Notes: generated from the sequence alone by a model not told the origin. Positions 25,763-39,100 are shown, numbered from the stretch's first letter. The stretch is DNA of 64,000 nucleotides from Callorhinchus milii (GCF_018977255.1 NW_024704742.1:29514001-29578000), one strand, 5' to 3'. A program made the numbers and translations.

Positions 25763-28700
25763 ACACATACACATACATACACACTGGGTGCACACACACA
25801 TACACACACACATATATACATACACACACACATATATATATATACAAACACACACATATATACATATACACACACATACATACATATATATACACATACA
25901 CACACACATACATACACATATACATATATATATACACATACACATACATACACATACATACACACTGGGTACACACACACACATACTGGGTAGACACACA
26001 CATACATACACACTGGGGTACACATACACTGGGTACACATACACTGGGTACACACACACTGGGGTACAGCATACACACACACGCTGGGTACACACACACA
26101 CTGGAGTACACATACACACTGGGTACACACACACACGAACACTCTGGGGTACAGCACACACACACACTCACACACTTTGGGGTACAGCACACACACACAT
26201 ACACTTTGGGGTACAGCACACACAAACACACACACACTCTGGGGCACAGCACACACACACACACACACACACTGTACAGCACACACACACACTGTACAGC
26301 ACACACACACACTTTGGGATACAGTGCATGCACACACACTTTGGGAAACAGTGCACGCACACACCTTGGGATACAGTGCACGCGCACACCTTGGGATACA
26401 GTGCACGCGCACACACTTTGGGACACAGTGCACGCACACACACCTTGGGATACAGTGCACACGCACACACTTTGGGGTACGGCACACACGCACACACTTT
26501 GGGGACGTGCTTGTTTTAAAACGTTTGTGTTTTGAAGGATTCGTTCAACGGTTGTCTTGCACTTTTTTTTGTCACTGTTTCTTTGTATTTTGGTTATTGT
26601 GATTTTTTCTTTAAAAAAGGTTTTCAAACGTCGTCCGACCTGTAAAAGCTTATCGATTTGCCGCACTCCAATGACTGGGCGGCGGTGAGGTGTCCGATGG
26701 AATTACTTTGTCATAATAATAATCCTTGCATTTGATACAGCACCTTATCACATCTTCGAAACGTCTCAAAGGTGCTTCACAGAATATACTTCTGTGAATA
26801 TATTCACAGATTGCAAAGTGGATTGACTGCATATTTTGTGGGCGAAACGCGGCAGCGAATTGCGCACAGCAGTGTCCCACAAACAGTCGTGGATTGAGTG
26901 ATCGCATTTTTTTTGAGTGAATGACGATGAATAACGATCCTCACTTTTAATGTTGCGTCTTTCATGCCAGGACGCTTCAAAGCGCCTCATAGGCTTCACT
27001 GTAAAATGTAGTGACTGTGTTTTTCAGGGGAACACGGCAGCCAATTTGCACGCACCAATGTGACGTAAACAGCCAGGGACTGAGTGACCAATTTTATCTG
27101 GGGGACTGTTGATCAGGACATTGTGAGACACCACCAGCTTCTCTTTTCCAGCTGTGCTATGGGATGTTTAAAGTCCACCTGAACAGTACACAGCGTGAAG
27201 ACCTTTGAGATGTCCTCCCGATATGGAAGGCACTGTATCAAATATCAAATGCAATTATTGTTGTTATTATTATTATATGAAGCGAGGGCACAAAACTAGG
27301 AGCGTCTGAGAACCGTTGTATTGATGAAATGTCACTTGAGCGAAACCAGAAAATGATAGAGGGTTAAAGGTAGTTGAGGGGAAAAGAAATGTTCAGCACG
27401 AAAGGGCAAACCAAACATTTGTGAAGGCAGCTTCAGCGATGGAGGAGGTGTGGGAATCCCCGTTGAAATAGAGAGGCCCAGAGTGAGGATGGAAGAAGGA
27501 TTAAGAGTAGTGTCTTAGATGGTAAGAGATGGTAATCGTTGACGAGATTAATAAGAGACTTGTGGATCTATATCTGTCTGGAATTGGAAAAAATAACATT
27601 ATTACTGTCTCATTGAAGTTTACTCATAATAAAATCTCCTGATTTTAGTACAATTTTCCCGATAAGCTTTTGGTACAATCGTAATACTCGGATTTCGTAC
27701 AGCGCCTTTCAAGTCAGAGGGACATCTCAAAAAAAATCTTAACAGGCGTTACCGTAAAATGTAGTGGCTGTGTAAGTTGTAGGCGAATACAGCAGTCAAT
27801 TTGCACACAACAATATTGCACAAGTAGCCACAAAGTGAATGAGCGGTTTTATTTGGGGGATTGTGGACCAAGATAACGAGGAGAAAGAGGCACTTCTCTT
27901 TTTCAAATAGTGCCATGGGATCTTTAATGTCCACCTTTAACCGGCAGTCGGGCCTTGATTTAACATCTCATCCGAAGCATACAATCTGTCAATGCAGCAC
28001 CTCTGTCCCCAGCACTGCGTTGGAGCTTCCGCCGAGACTTTACCAGTTCAAATCCCTGACGTGGAGCTTGAACGCGCTACCATCTGACTCAGAGCTGAGA
28101 GTGCTAGCGACTGAGCCAGGCTGACGCATGCTGTTGGTAGGATTTTTGAACCTTACAGCACAGAAGGAGGCCATTAGCCCCACAGCCCTGCAAATGTTTC
28201 CTTTTCAGATAGATGAAGTCCAGTTTCCGTTTGAAAGCTGCTATCGAATCTATTTCCCCCAGGGTTTCAGGCAGTATATTGCTATTTGGCCCAACAATCA
28301 ACCTTTGGCTTTTGGTTTTGTTTAATCCTTCAGATTCAGCTGTGGGACACTGCAGGCCAGGAGCGTTTTCGGAAGAGCATGGTGCAGCATTACTACAGGA
28401 ATGTCCACGCTGTGGTCTTTGTTTACGACATAACCAACATGGCCACCTTCCAGAGCCTCCCGGCCTGGATAGAGGAATGCAAGCAGCACTCGCTCGGCGG
28501 AGAAATCCCGCGCATCCTGGTGGGGAACAAGTGCGATCTGAAGGATGCCACCCAGGTCAGAACAGACCTGGCGCAGAAGTTTGCGGATACCCACAGCATG
28601 CCGCTGTTCGAAACCTCGGCCAAGAACCCGGGCGACAATGATCACGTTGAGGCCATTTTCATGACCTTAGCCCACAAACTGAAGAACCACAAGCCCATGA

Positions 28701-28780
28701 TGCTCAGTCAGCCACTGCTAGACGAGAACAAGGTCCAACTGGATCCGGAGCCTAGCCCCGGGGTGGAGTGTTATTGTTGA
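24687..28780 (+). CDS. RAB33B: Ras-related protein Rab-33B-like GTPase (2 exons)
   Basis: Exon 1 24687-24884 ([14 protein letters not shown], ends EKIK|gt); exon 2 28334-28780 (ag|[44 protein letters not shown]-terminal CYC prenylation motif). Phase-0 intron. Confidence 0.95.
24908..25965 (+). repeat. Long degenerate (CA/TA)n microsatellite
   Basis: About 1 kb of CA/TA dinucleotides at the start of the RAB33B intron. Confidence 0.95.
25960..26507 (+). repeat. Minisatellite grown out of the CA tract (ACACTGGGTAC -> ACACTTTGGGATACAGTGCACGCAC)
   Basis: Tandem units whose core motif lengthens progressively from left to right. Confidence 0.85.
27700..28125 (-). mobile_element. Old Deu-domain SINE
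   Basis: gggatctttaatgtccacc...gggccttgatttaacatctcatccgaag core and ctgactcagag...actgagccaggctgac head end. Confidence 0.65.
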
Positions 28781-29589
28781 AGCTGAGCTGGGGTCGGTTT
28801 TCCCCATGTCAACCAAGATCCAAAACGACCTGCTGCTAACATGCTTCCCATAACCCAGAGACAGCCAAGTGTCCCCCGGTAAAAAGTGATGTTAACCTGA
28901 TCTGCAGGTTCATTTGCAGACAAAGAAAAGATAGGGAAGCACATTGTCTCTATACTACGTCAATATTGTGCAGGTACAGTATAAGAACATAGGAACATAA
29001 GAAATAGGAGCAGGAGTAGGCCATTCACCCCCTCGAGTCTGCCCCGCTATTTAATAAGATCATGGCTGATCTACTAACCTAATTCCATTTACCCGCCCTA
29101 TTCCCATATCCCTTAATCCCTTTAGTTTTTAAAAATCTATCGATCTCAGTCTTGAATATGTTCAATGACTGACATCCACAGCCTTCTGGGGTAGAGAATT
29201 CCATAAATAGCATTGTTCTTACCTATGTCTTCTTCCCTTCCCTGAATGGCAGCTTAATCATAGTTTTGATAAAGATCGCACTGTACAAGGGAAATGTCAC
29301 GTGATGTTGTCAGTTAGCAGTTTTATGCCGTCACATACAAGAAAGAGCATTGCTCTTGTATTTTGCCAAAGTTTTAAAGAAATCATTCTTTATCTTGCAC
29401 TCATTTTTCAGGCCCCTCTCATCTGATTTTTTTTAGCCCCCCCCACCCACCTTCCAAATTCAATTATGCTGCAATTTATTTTTAAAGAATATGCATTGAT
29501 GCATCAATTTTCTATTATGTCCTGCAGATCTTGTTATACACTGTTGATTGAACTGTACTTTATTACAAATGCTTCTAACAATGTACAAA

Positions 29590-29905
29590 TGGAGTCCTGC
29601 AGCTCAGTGGTTAGAGCACTCGCCTCGCAAGCGAGAGACCTGGGTCAGGTCCCCACAGGGTGAAACCTTGAGCAAGTTTTTCTTATTCTACACGCCTGGT
29701 AATAATCCCTCAAGAAAAAACAATAATAAATTGGGTCACTTGAATCCCTGACTGTTTGTGGGACACTGCTGTGCGCAATTGGCTGCCACGTTTCGCCCAC
29801 AAATATACAGTCAATTCACTTTACAGTATATTCTTTGAAGCGCTTTGAGACGTCTAGAAGACGTGAAAAGCGCTATATCAAATGCAAGGTTTATTATTAT
29901 TATTA
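29590..29905 (+). mobile_element. tRNA-headed SINE
   Basis: Full head-core-tail copy. Confidence 0.85.
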
Positions 29906-30219
29906 AATGCTTCTGATCTTCTAACGTGAATGCCTTGTCCAGGCCCTGATATATGGATGTCAATCTAATTTAACACTTCTGAATATCAGACTCACCATGG
30001 GCTGCAGTCAAACACAATGGCATGAAATAACTTGTTAATTATTGACTGAAATCATTGGAATGGCCCTCCAAAAAGCTACTACGAGTGAGTCTTTCATCAG
30101 CATCTATCTTCAGTCATAGAATTTAGTTTCACTGAAGAGATTTATGGGGTTTTTTTTCCGGGCAAACGATTAATTAAGACTAAATAATTATGACTAAATA
30201 ATGACTTGACTATCCTTTC

Positions 30220-30918
30220 TACCCCACATCCGTGCCATGACCCCACCTCCGTAACGTTGTCCAGCTCCGACACTCTCACACCGCAAGCCGCCGAAACCCT
30301 CATACACGCTTTCATTACATCCAGGCTATGCAAACTCTATGCAAACCCTATGCAAACTCCTTGCTTGTTGGCCTCCCCAACTCCTCCCTCCATAGGCTGC
30401 AGATCATCCAGAACTCTGCAGCCCGTGTCCTCTCCAGCATCAGGCTCCGCGTCCCTATCACACCCCACCCTCACCCGACTCCACTGGCTTCCCATCACAC
30501 AGAGGATACAGTTCACGATCCTGATCCTCACCTTCAAAGCCCTACATAGGCTTACTCCCCACTACCTCTGCGACCTCCTGACCCCCTACCAATTTGCCCG
30601 CTCCCTCCAGGCTCCGGCCTGCTTCACGTCCCCCGTCTCGCCCATCCCACCAGCTGGTGGGCTGTCCTCCAGCCACTCTGCCCCCACCCTCTGGAATTCC
30701 ACACCCAGGCCCTCCGCCTCACCTCCTGCCTTGACTCCTTCAAGACTCATCTCAAGATCTTCCTCTTCAAACGTGCGATCGATCATCCTCCTTTTCCCCC
30801 CTACCCTCCACCCTCCCCAATCCCAACCCCCAGCTCGGGTCCGAAACACTGACTGTCCAGCGCCTTGGGACGTCCTCCTGACGTGAAAGGCGCTATACAA
30901 ATGTAATTTTGTTGTTGT
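30220..30918 (+). mobile_element. L2 LINE 3' fragment
   Basis: [33 protein letters not shown] and conserved terminus. Confidence 0.85.
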
Positions 30919-32067
30919 AATTGCTGGGAAGTCAAGTACAATCCAAAATCAAGTACAATCCAAAAATTATTATTAAAGTCCTGTAGCACAGCTATGTTTA
31001 AATTGTGCCTAATATTCAGGATTCTAATTTGGAAATAGAAAGCCACAGTTGGAATTTAAATGAGCTTTGGTTGTACTGTATAGCAAAGTTGCTTTTTAAA
31101 TGTTTTGTTTAACTATTTCACTCCCTACATGTTGTACATCTCAGAACGGTTAATTGATTGATCTTCTATGTTGCAATATACTTGTAACCAAAAATGTGGG
31201 GGAGAACAGGGGTCCGTGTGAAAGAATTCTGTAATCAAAGTACAAAATACTAAAAGTAATCCAGGTGGAAATGTTTAAATCCATTTCTTTCAGCCCACAG
31301 TTAAATCTGTATTTGCCTTATATTCATGTGTGATAAATGGATGCTCCAGTCACTTTGTAAGTTAATAGGTAAAAATGTTATGAGTACACAATACAGAATT
31401 TAACCAAACTTTCTAAGTGTTCCGACCATTACTCGGAAATAAACAGTAAATGATAATATTTTGGGGACCTATGTTTGTCACTGGAGGCGAGCAGAACACC
31501 TGCAGACATCAGTCATAGGATGACAAAAGCCTGGGTCCTACAGCAGTAAGAAATTGGTTGGATTAATCTCTAGTAAAAAGCCCACAGAAATATTCTTCAG
31601 CTCTTTAGTCCCAGCTCAAGTTGTTTTGTTTTTCTGTTGTGCTTTTCAGAATGCAAATGAGAGAAACTGAGTTATTTTCACTAATGATCTGTGTATGTAC
31701 ATTAGTACATCACCACAAAATGGTACTGACCAATTGTACCAGTGTACACATGCCTACATTATCACTGAGGTTACAATCTTGATCCTATAAATGATCCTCG
31801 TATTGGAAATGGCGCCTTTCAAGTAGGAAGGACGCCTCAAAGCACTTCACAGGACTTTCTGTAATGTGTCGTGATTTTACTGTGTATTTTGAAGGTGAGC
31901 AAAGTGATAGTTTAGACTGGAGAGTATCTTTTGTAACTGTTTTAATTTGGTCTGTAAGTATCTGGCCATCTGCCATACTTAAATGACCCATCTAACATGC
32001 TAATAGTTCCATTGACTCTCTGTGGTCCTGTAACAACTGAATGTTCTGTTATGTGTGTGGAGTTCAG

Positions 32068-32098
<31 letters not shown>

Positions 32099-32729
32099 AC
32101 ACAGACACACACACAGAGACACACAACAGTGGTTCATCATTAGCTCAAACAGCACTGACATTCTGCATTCACCGGCGCTGGCTGTTTAAAAGGAAATTGA
32201 ACCACGTTCAACATGGAAGGAGATTGAAAGATTCTGGCAAAACATTGAACTGATCCCTGTAAGAATTCGAAAAATATTTTCTGGAGCCTGAAGAAAAATC
32301 GGATGTTCATCAAATATAAGTGCAAAAAGGAAAACTTGAATAGGAAGAAACAAATATAACACACAAACATGCCAAAATAATCCCGCAAAATACTGCAGAT
32401 GCTGGAAATCTGAAAACAAAAACAGAAGTCGCTGGGAGCACTCAGTAGGTCAGGCAGCATCTATGGAGAAAGGAAAGTGAGTCAACGTCCATATGGACTT
32501 CCAGAAGTAATCTGATGAAAAGGTGTTGTGTAAATTCAACAACAACAAAATTACATTTATAAAGTGTCTTTCACATCGGGAGGCGACCAAATGTTGGTCC
32601 GAACCAAAAGTTATGTTTCTGGAAGCAAAACCAAAAATTATTGTTTGTGCAGCCTGCAGATGTTTCTCAAACAGGGCATCTGGCTCTTAGTCACCAAAAG
32701 ATTGGACCACCCTAGTCTATATGATAGGA

Positions 32730-33030
32730 ACCTAATAGGAATGGAGGAGCAAAGAGATCTGGGGATTCAAATTCACAAATCTCTAAAAATAGCTACACAG
32801 CTATATTAAAAAATATTAAGCTATATATTAAAAAAGGCCAATGGGGTCTTGGACTTTAAATCCAGAGGGAAGAATATGAAAGTGAGGAGGTGATGCTGAA
32901 TTTGTACAAAACGTTGGTTGGACCACATTTTGGAATATTGTGTTCAATTCTGGTCTCCACACTATAAGAAGGCTATAGCTGTGATGGAAAGAATACAGTG
33001 TAGGTTCACAGGGATGATATCCGGTGTCTC
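32730..33030 (+). mobile_element. CR1 LINE RT fragment
   Basis: QRDLGIQIH and HILEYCVQFWSPHYKK..MERIQCRFTGMI remnants. Confidence 0.75.
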
Positions 33031-33593
33031 CCCGAAAGGGCTTGGGATTGTCATGTGGAATGGGGGTGCCGATCTGTGGAGGTTGCAAAAAAAATCGGAA
33101 GCAGTATTTTGTTCCCTCCACTCCTCCTCCTCCTCCTCCTCACCCTCCAGCAAGGAATCGAGGTGATCTTTTATGGCTTCCACTCCTCGACCTCACACAG
33201 CGGCTGTAACTGGCTGTACCATGGCCACCGGACTCGCTACTCACTGGTGTCACTTCGCGGTCACTTTTGAGGAGGTCAAGAATTGCAGCCGGGAGGGGTG
33301 GGGAGGGCGCCCGGGAACATTCCCGATTTTCCAAATACCCCGTACGCCTAACCCTCTTAAGCCCACACTGGCCACACACTTCTCAGGCACAACCCAAGAG
33401 CTTTCCTCATGCCCAGTTTATGTCCCAGTATCAACACAACCAACCAACCATAACAACCAACCACAACAACCAACCACAACAACCAACCAAGCTCTCCCTT
33501 CCTCAGCTCCTCCTCTTCCTCTGATGTTATCTTCAATTGTACATAAGTGGCATCGCGGAAGTAGAGAGGGGACTTTGGCCAAAGCACTTGGCC

Positions 33594-35273
33594 ATGGATG
33601 ATCGGGAGCAAAAGGGTATCAATCCCCGCAGTCAAAAAGGTGAGCTCGATGCAATCCAGGAGGCGAGTCCCGACGATGTTGGATTCAGATCTGCAATAAA
33701 TGATGAGTGGGCGATCTACAACGAGGATCCGGATAAATATCAATTCCTTTTTCAATCCCCCTGCTCCACAGCACCTGGTCTGAAGCCAACTTCTCTGCAC
33801 CGAGTGCAGGAAGCTTGGTCTGTAACGAAAGTGAAAGTATCGCGATACGATTCAGGGGCAAAAGGAACTTCATTACATCGATCAAAGTCCGATTTGAATT
33901 TCCTGCAAAGGGAGTTAACCCTCAATCTCTGTTATTTCTCCGGTGACATTGGAAACCTGGTGCAAGAGCTGCAGCCGAGCACAGAACCACTGGCCACGCT
34001 GTGCACTGACAGACAGTGCGGGGACAACGCACAGTGGATCACAGAGCTCGTACGTTACATACAGTCCTTGTCATGGGATCCGGGGAAACAGCACTCAATT
34101 CTGGTTAAAGTAGCAAAGGCTTTTATGCACAACAGTGACCCACATCTGCACTTCCACGAGAAGGTTTTCGTCCCCTCAATTCGTATGTATAAATACTGCA
34201 CTTTGTATAACTGTTTGCTGGAGATGGACAGAGAAGCTTTGGTACAGCTGGAGGCATCGGTGGAAGCAGCTCAAAATCTTGATGTGACTAAAGTGGATTT
34301 GGAGACTCTGGCTGAGCTACTCTGTGCTGATCTTTCCTGGAAACCTCTTGGTTACAGGCTCTTAGAACAACCGTCAACCTCCTCCTACATCGCCCTTTTC
34401 GACCATATCAAATGGCAAGAAAATTGGTGCAAAAGAGAATTTCTCCACGCTCTTCTCTTGTCAATCAAAACAAAACCAGATCAGGTGGAAACTTTCCACA
34501 ACTTGAGAGGAGACAAGATTTTCCTGCCCGCAGTCATCAACTCCAAGTGGGTAAAGAAACTAAAATGCCTGAAGTTACTGCTACACAAACATGTATTTAA
34601 AGAGGAAATCTCATTGAACAGAGTGATGTGGTGCAGTCCCACTGAGGCAGAGGTGTTTTTAGAGACACTGTCAGTCTTCGGATATCCACATATTGCCCAA
34701 GAGTTGGGTAAGTGCATGGGCAGCAGCAATGTTATCAGGTTCAGGGACGAGAAACCACCGAAACAGAAGACAAATACGAAAACATTCAGCAGCGCATATG
34801 TCACTGTCTTACCTGCAAATATCTCCTCTGAGAGTCGTCCACCCAAACTGCACTTACACACCAAACACTGGACACCCAACACTGCACGTGTAACTACAGC
34901 AACACGTTACTGTCATAGATATTGTAGGAAGCCCTCACTGCCTGACCCGTGGCTGTACCGAATGGCAGGAGCTCTGGCCTCTGAATGGACGGCAGTAGCC
35001 AGAGATTTTGGTTTCAGTGAGAGCGACATAGAGAAAACGGCAACTGATCCTTGGTACAACCACCAGCAGCGAATGTTCCACCTCCTGTACAGACTGTCAC
35101 ACGAGCAGCAGATGAGCTTCACAGAGCTGTGCTTCCTGCTGCTTTGTAAAGTCAGTGATTATAAATGTCACCGGCAAATACAGTGTATCATAGGAGCAGC
35201 ACTCAGTGCTGTTGAGCTGCAGGAAGACGTGGACTTATCTAGAAATGAGGGAGAGAACCTGTTCCAGAGGTAA
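33594..35273 (+). CDS. Copy A, 5' ORF (559 aa): variable N-terminus + death-fold region + death domain; stops just before the FIIND
   Basis: Kozak GCCATGG at 33594; uninterrupted ORF; DD-like LPDPWLYRMAGALASEWTAVARDFGFSESDIEK...QQRMFHLLYRL. TAA at 35271 where copy B has CAA. Could be a pseudogene. Confidence 0.6.
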   Translation: MDDREQKGINPRSQKGELDAIQEASPDDVGFRSAINDEWAIYNEDPDKYQFLFQSPCSTAPGLKPTSLHRVQEAWSVTKVKVSRYDSGAKGTSLHRSKSDLNFLQRELTLNLCYFSGDIGNLVQELQPSTEPLATLCTDRQCGDNAQWITELVRYIQSLSWDPGKQHSILVKVAKAFMHNSDPHLHFHEKVFVPSIRMYKYCTLYNCLLEMDREALVQLEASVEAAQNLDVTKVDLETLAELLCADLSWKPLGYRLLEQPSTSSYIALFDHIKWQENWCKREFLHALLLSIKTKPDQVETFHNLRGDKIFLPAVINSKWVKKLKCLKLLLHKHVFKEEISLNRVMWCSPTEAEVFLETLSVFGYPHIAQELGKCMGSSNVIRFRDEKPPKQKTNTKTFSSAYVTVLPANISSESRPPKLHLHTKHWTPNTARVTTATRYCHRYCRKPSLPDPWLYRMAGALASEWTAVARDFGFSESDIEKTATDPWYNHQQRMFHLLYRLSHEQQMSFTELCFLLLCKVSDYKCHRQIQCIIGAALSAVELQEDVDLSRNEGENLFQR

Positions 35274-37040
35274 CACATAAAGGTGCTGGAACATAAGACG
35301 CTTCGAGTGGTTTGTGGCCAGTGGAGTGAAGCCCCTGAGATGAGAGAGATCAGCCCGAAGGTGTTTGAAAGCTTCGTGGATCAGGTGTCCCTGGTTGGTC
35401 CTGTGTTTGATGTGCACACACAAACCAAAGGGACAAAGGTGATGGTGTTTCTTCCCACGTACACTCCGTGTGAAACTGAGCTGAGCCCCTCAGTTCTTGC
35501 AGAGAGTCTATTGACTCTTCTGACCATGAAATACCAAGATGTGGGGAATTGCTTGTGTAAGAAGTTAGAAGCAGTGCTAAGTGCAGAAGAGAAATCAAGA
35601 CTGTTTAAAGTCCTCCTACAGGAGGATTGTGAAGCTGCTGTGAAGCTGATCTTGTCAAAAGGGCAGAGAGCTCTTCAGCTGCTTTGTGAATACCTCAGGG
35701 CATCAGGCAGTGAGATGAGGTTGTGGCCGGCAAAGCTTCGCTCTCTGCTGGAAACATCACCCACCCAGGTCGGACACATCCAAGATGGAAACCTGGAGCT
35801 TGTGGTTCCACTCGCTGTGCTGGAAAGACACCTGTTGCTGTTCACAGAGTCCCTCTCTCCGCTAGCGGTCATAGAAAAGCTGCGAAGATTATTTACTCAG
35901 ACACGTGCTTACTGTTTGTTATACAAACCAGTGGGACGTCAGTACATTGACTGCAGAGTAACACTGAGGGTGTTTTTGATACCCAGGAGTGGCTCACTGG
36001 TGCAGGGACTGGATACAAAGCTGAAAGGTTATAAACGAGTGTTTATTTCAAATATCAGTATTAAAGGGAATGTTTGTTATAGACTACTCTTTAAGGACGT
36101 TACTTCTGACAATTCACTCCTTAGGGTCACTCCAAGAGATGGCAGTGAGTACAAGGAAGCACTGAGCCTTATGGATCCCATGACTAAGTATCTGATTGCT
36201 CTTAATATAAAGGACTGGGTCCAATGGCCTCTGGTGCTGCAGATTACACGAGACAAAAACTCTGTGATATTTGAGGAAACCATTGATGATGAAATGTTGC
36301 AGTTTGAAAATGGGGAATATTTCATTCTCAACCTCGATGGTAAGAAGCATTGTATCATGAGGATTCACCAAGAAATTAGTTACAAAGAATTCAGCCACAA
36401 ATTAAACACTGTGCTGCCGGAGAGAAAACTCTCTGTCTATTACAAACAAGATGGGATCCCTCTGCTGGTTAATAATGGACGTCCAAACGCTTCACAGAAT
36501 ATACTGTAAAGTGAATTGACTGTATATTTGTGGGCCAACGCGGCAGCCAATTGCGCGCAGCAACAAAGCGAGTGCTCTAACCACTGAGCTACAGGACTCC
36601 ACGATGATGAAAGCATCAAAATGATTCTGAGGGACCAATGCGGGAAAGATATTGTTCTGGAAGCTGAAGACATCATTGATGAGGTGATTACAGCAGGAAT
36701 GCAAGTGATGCCATTGGCCAGGTTACCTTCTCCAAATGAACCACTCAGCCGCCGGAGGCCATCTCCCACTGAACAGCATTTTGTGGTTCGACACAGGACA
36801 GCTTTAATTAAGAGGATCTCAGACATCAAAAGTCTTCTGGATGATCTGAGACATGAAAGTGTTATTAACGATAATGAATACCAGAGAATCAGAGGAGAAA
36901 ATATACGCAATGAACAAATCACACACACTGTAGATTACACTATTAACAAAGGGAAAAATGCAATGGATATATTTTATGAGAGTCTTTCCAAAAATGACCC
37001 GCACCTTGTTGAGGACTTGCAACTTAGGGAGATATCTTAA
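35274..37040 (+). pseudogene. Copy A, 3' part: FIIND - PB1-like - CARD, disconnected by an upstream stop and a SINE remnant
   Basis: Same frame as the 5' ORF and near-identical to copy B. SINE remnant at ~36477-36602 adds a TAA at 36507; CARD (QHFVVRHRTALIKRI...DPHLVEDL) ends at 37040. Confidence 0.75.
36477..36602 (-). mobile_element. Internally deleted SINE remnant inside the copy A PB1-like domain
   Basis: Antisense SINE core fused directly to SINE head; absent from copy B at LVNN|DES. Confidence 0.85.
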
Positions 37041-37099
37041 AAATATATTGCAGCCATTTACACCTCCTTCTGTTTTGCAAACCGTTAGTAATAATAATA

Positions 37100-37429
37100 A
37101 TAATATAATAATAATAATCCTTGCATTTGATATAGCGCTTTTCACGTCGGGAGGACGTCCCAAAGCACTTCACAGAATATACTGTAAAGTGAATTGACTG
37201 TATATTTGTGGGCGAACGCGGCAGCCAATTGCGCACAGCAATGTCCCACAAACAGTCGTAGATTGAAAATGACCAATTTATTATTGTTTTTTTTTTGGTT
37301 TTTGGAGGATTATTATTAGGCTCTGTGTGGAGTAAGGAAACTTGCCCAAGGTTTCGCCCTGCCTGGAATTGAACTCAGGTCTCTCGCTTGCAAAGCGAGT
37401 GCTCTAACCACTGAGCTACAGGACTCCAC
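37100..37429 (-). mobile_element. tRNA-headed SINE (young, full length)
   Basis: Near-identical in reverse complement to the copies at 13306 and 50680. Confidence 0.9.
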
Positions 37430-39100
37430 AAGTATTACATTTGCAGGTGTTTGTACAGCTCAATTCCTGAATCCATTATGCTTACCTTTTCTTCTCAAAA
37501 TATTTGAACAGAAGGGACTGTTGTAGTATGAAAATGCGGATTGTAGACATAGGATATGTATGATTCCTCATAGCCCAATCCTGCCGTCACTCTGTGTCCA
37601 CAAAGGTCACGGGATGTTAACCTATGTGAGATTAGTTTCAAAGCATTGTTCTACTGGAATGCATAATATAATAATAATACTTACATTTACTAGAGAGCTT
37701 TTCACATCAAGTTTACTGTGAAGTGGACTGACAATGTTTTTGTTGGCGAAGTTGGCAACCTCATCTTTAATGTCCAACTGAACAGGCAGATGGGATCTTG
37801 GTTTAACGTCTCATCTGAAGAACGTCATCTCTAACAATGCAGTCCTGCTCCAGCATATTACTGGAGTGTAAGCCTGCACTCTCAGTTTAAAGTCCTGACA
37901 TTCGGCTGAACAAATACATTTCTGACTCAGAGGTGAGAGTGACCAATTGATCCAGGCTGACACCTTTATCATCTACCCCACATCTGTGCCGTGACACGCT
38001 CTGCCTTCCTCTACTACCGCAACAACGCCCGGCTCCGCAACTGTCTCACCCGCAGGCCGCCGAGACCCTCGTGCACGCATTCATAACATCCAGGCTTGCC
38101 TGCAAACTCCCTGCTTGTCAGACTCCCCAAACCCTCCCTCCATAGACTGCAGATCATCCAGAATTCTGCAGCCCATGTCTTCGCCTGCACCAGGCTCTGT
38201 GACCCTATCACCCCCATCCTCGCCCGACTCCACTGACTTCCCATCACATAGAGGATACAGTTCAAGATCCTGGCCCTCACTTCAAAGCCCTCCATGGCTT
38301 TGCTCCCCCCTACCTCTGCAACCTCTTAAAGCCTTTACCAACCTGCCTGCACCCTCAGCTCAATGGGCTCCTTCCTGCTTCACATCCCTACCTCGCATGC
38401 TCCACCATTGGCAGGTGGGCCTTCAGCCTCTTTGCCCCACTCTCTGGAATTCCATCCCACAATCCCACCAACTCTTGCCTCCTTCAAGACCTGTCTCAAG
38501 ACCCTCCTCTTCGACCGTGCCTTAAATCACCCTCCCCATGCACTCCACCCTCCCCGATCCCAATCCCCAGTTCGGGTACGAAACATGTACTGCCGACATG
38601 AAAGGTGCTATACAAATATAATTTTGTTGTTGTTGTTTGGCATTGAAAATGAACAGATACGTGTGTCGTCAGCAGGTTTTAAAACAATTTTATAAAAGTT
38701 CCTGTTTATTCTGGTACAAATGCTTAGCTTGAATTTAATGATCAGAAACACCATTGGGTCTAAATTCTGTTCAATTCTCCATCAACAAAATAATTTGAAG
38801 TTAACAGAAATGTTGAGGGGGAAATGAAAGATGTTTTATATAAAAATATATAACTACTTCTATAGGTTTTTTTGTGACACAAATATCTCTACGTTATTAC
38901 AATAAAACCTTTAATTGTTACTCATTAACAAGTCGGGTTCAGAGCAATGTTGTTTTCCTATTTAAGTTCTGTCTTTTCCGAGGCTTTTAACACCAGTGTT
39001 GATGTACAACTAGTTATTAACAAACTACGTGCTATTCTACAAGGCACCGTCAAAGTGGATTGTGCAGCAGGTAAAATGGGGAACATGTTCCTTTGAGTGA

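Noticed and set aside
25960..26507. CRISPR-like repeat/spacer appearance
   Set aside because: Eukaryotic intron; the spacers are CA runs rather than unique sequence; no cas genes.
22632..26666. Many long ORFs (up to 869 aa) rich in PALPC, VCVC or HTHT
   Set aside because: Translations of simple repeats that lack stop codons; only 24687-24884 is a real exon.
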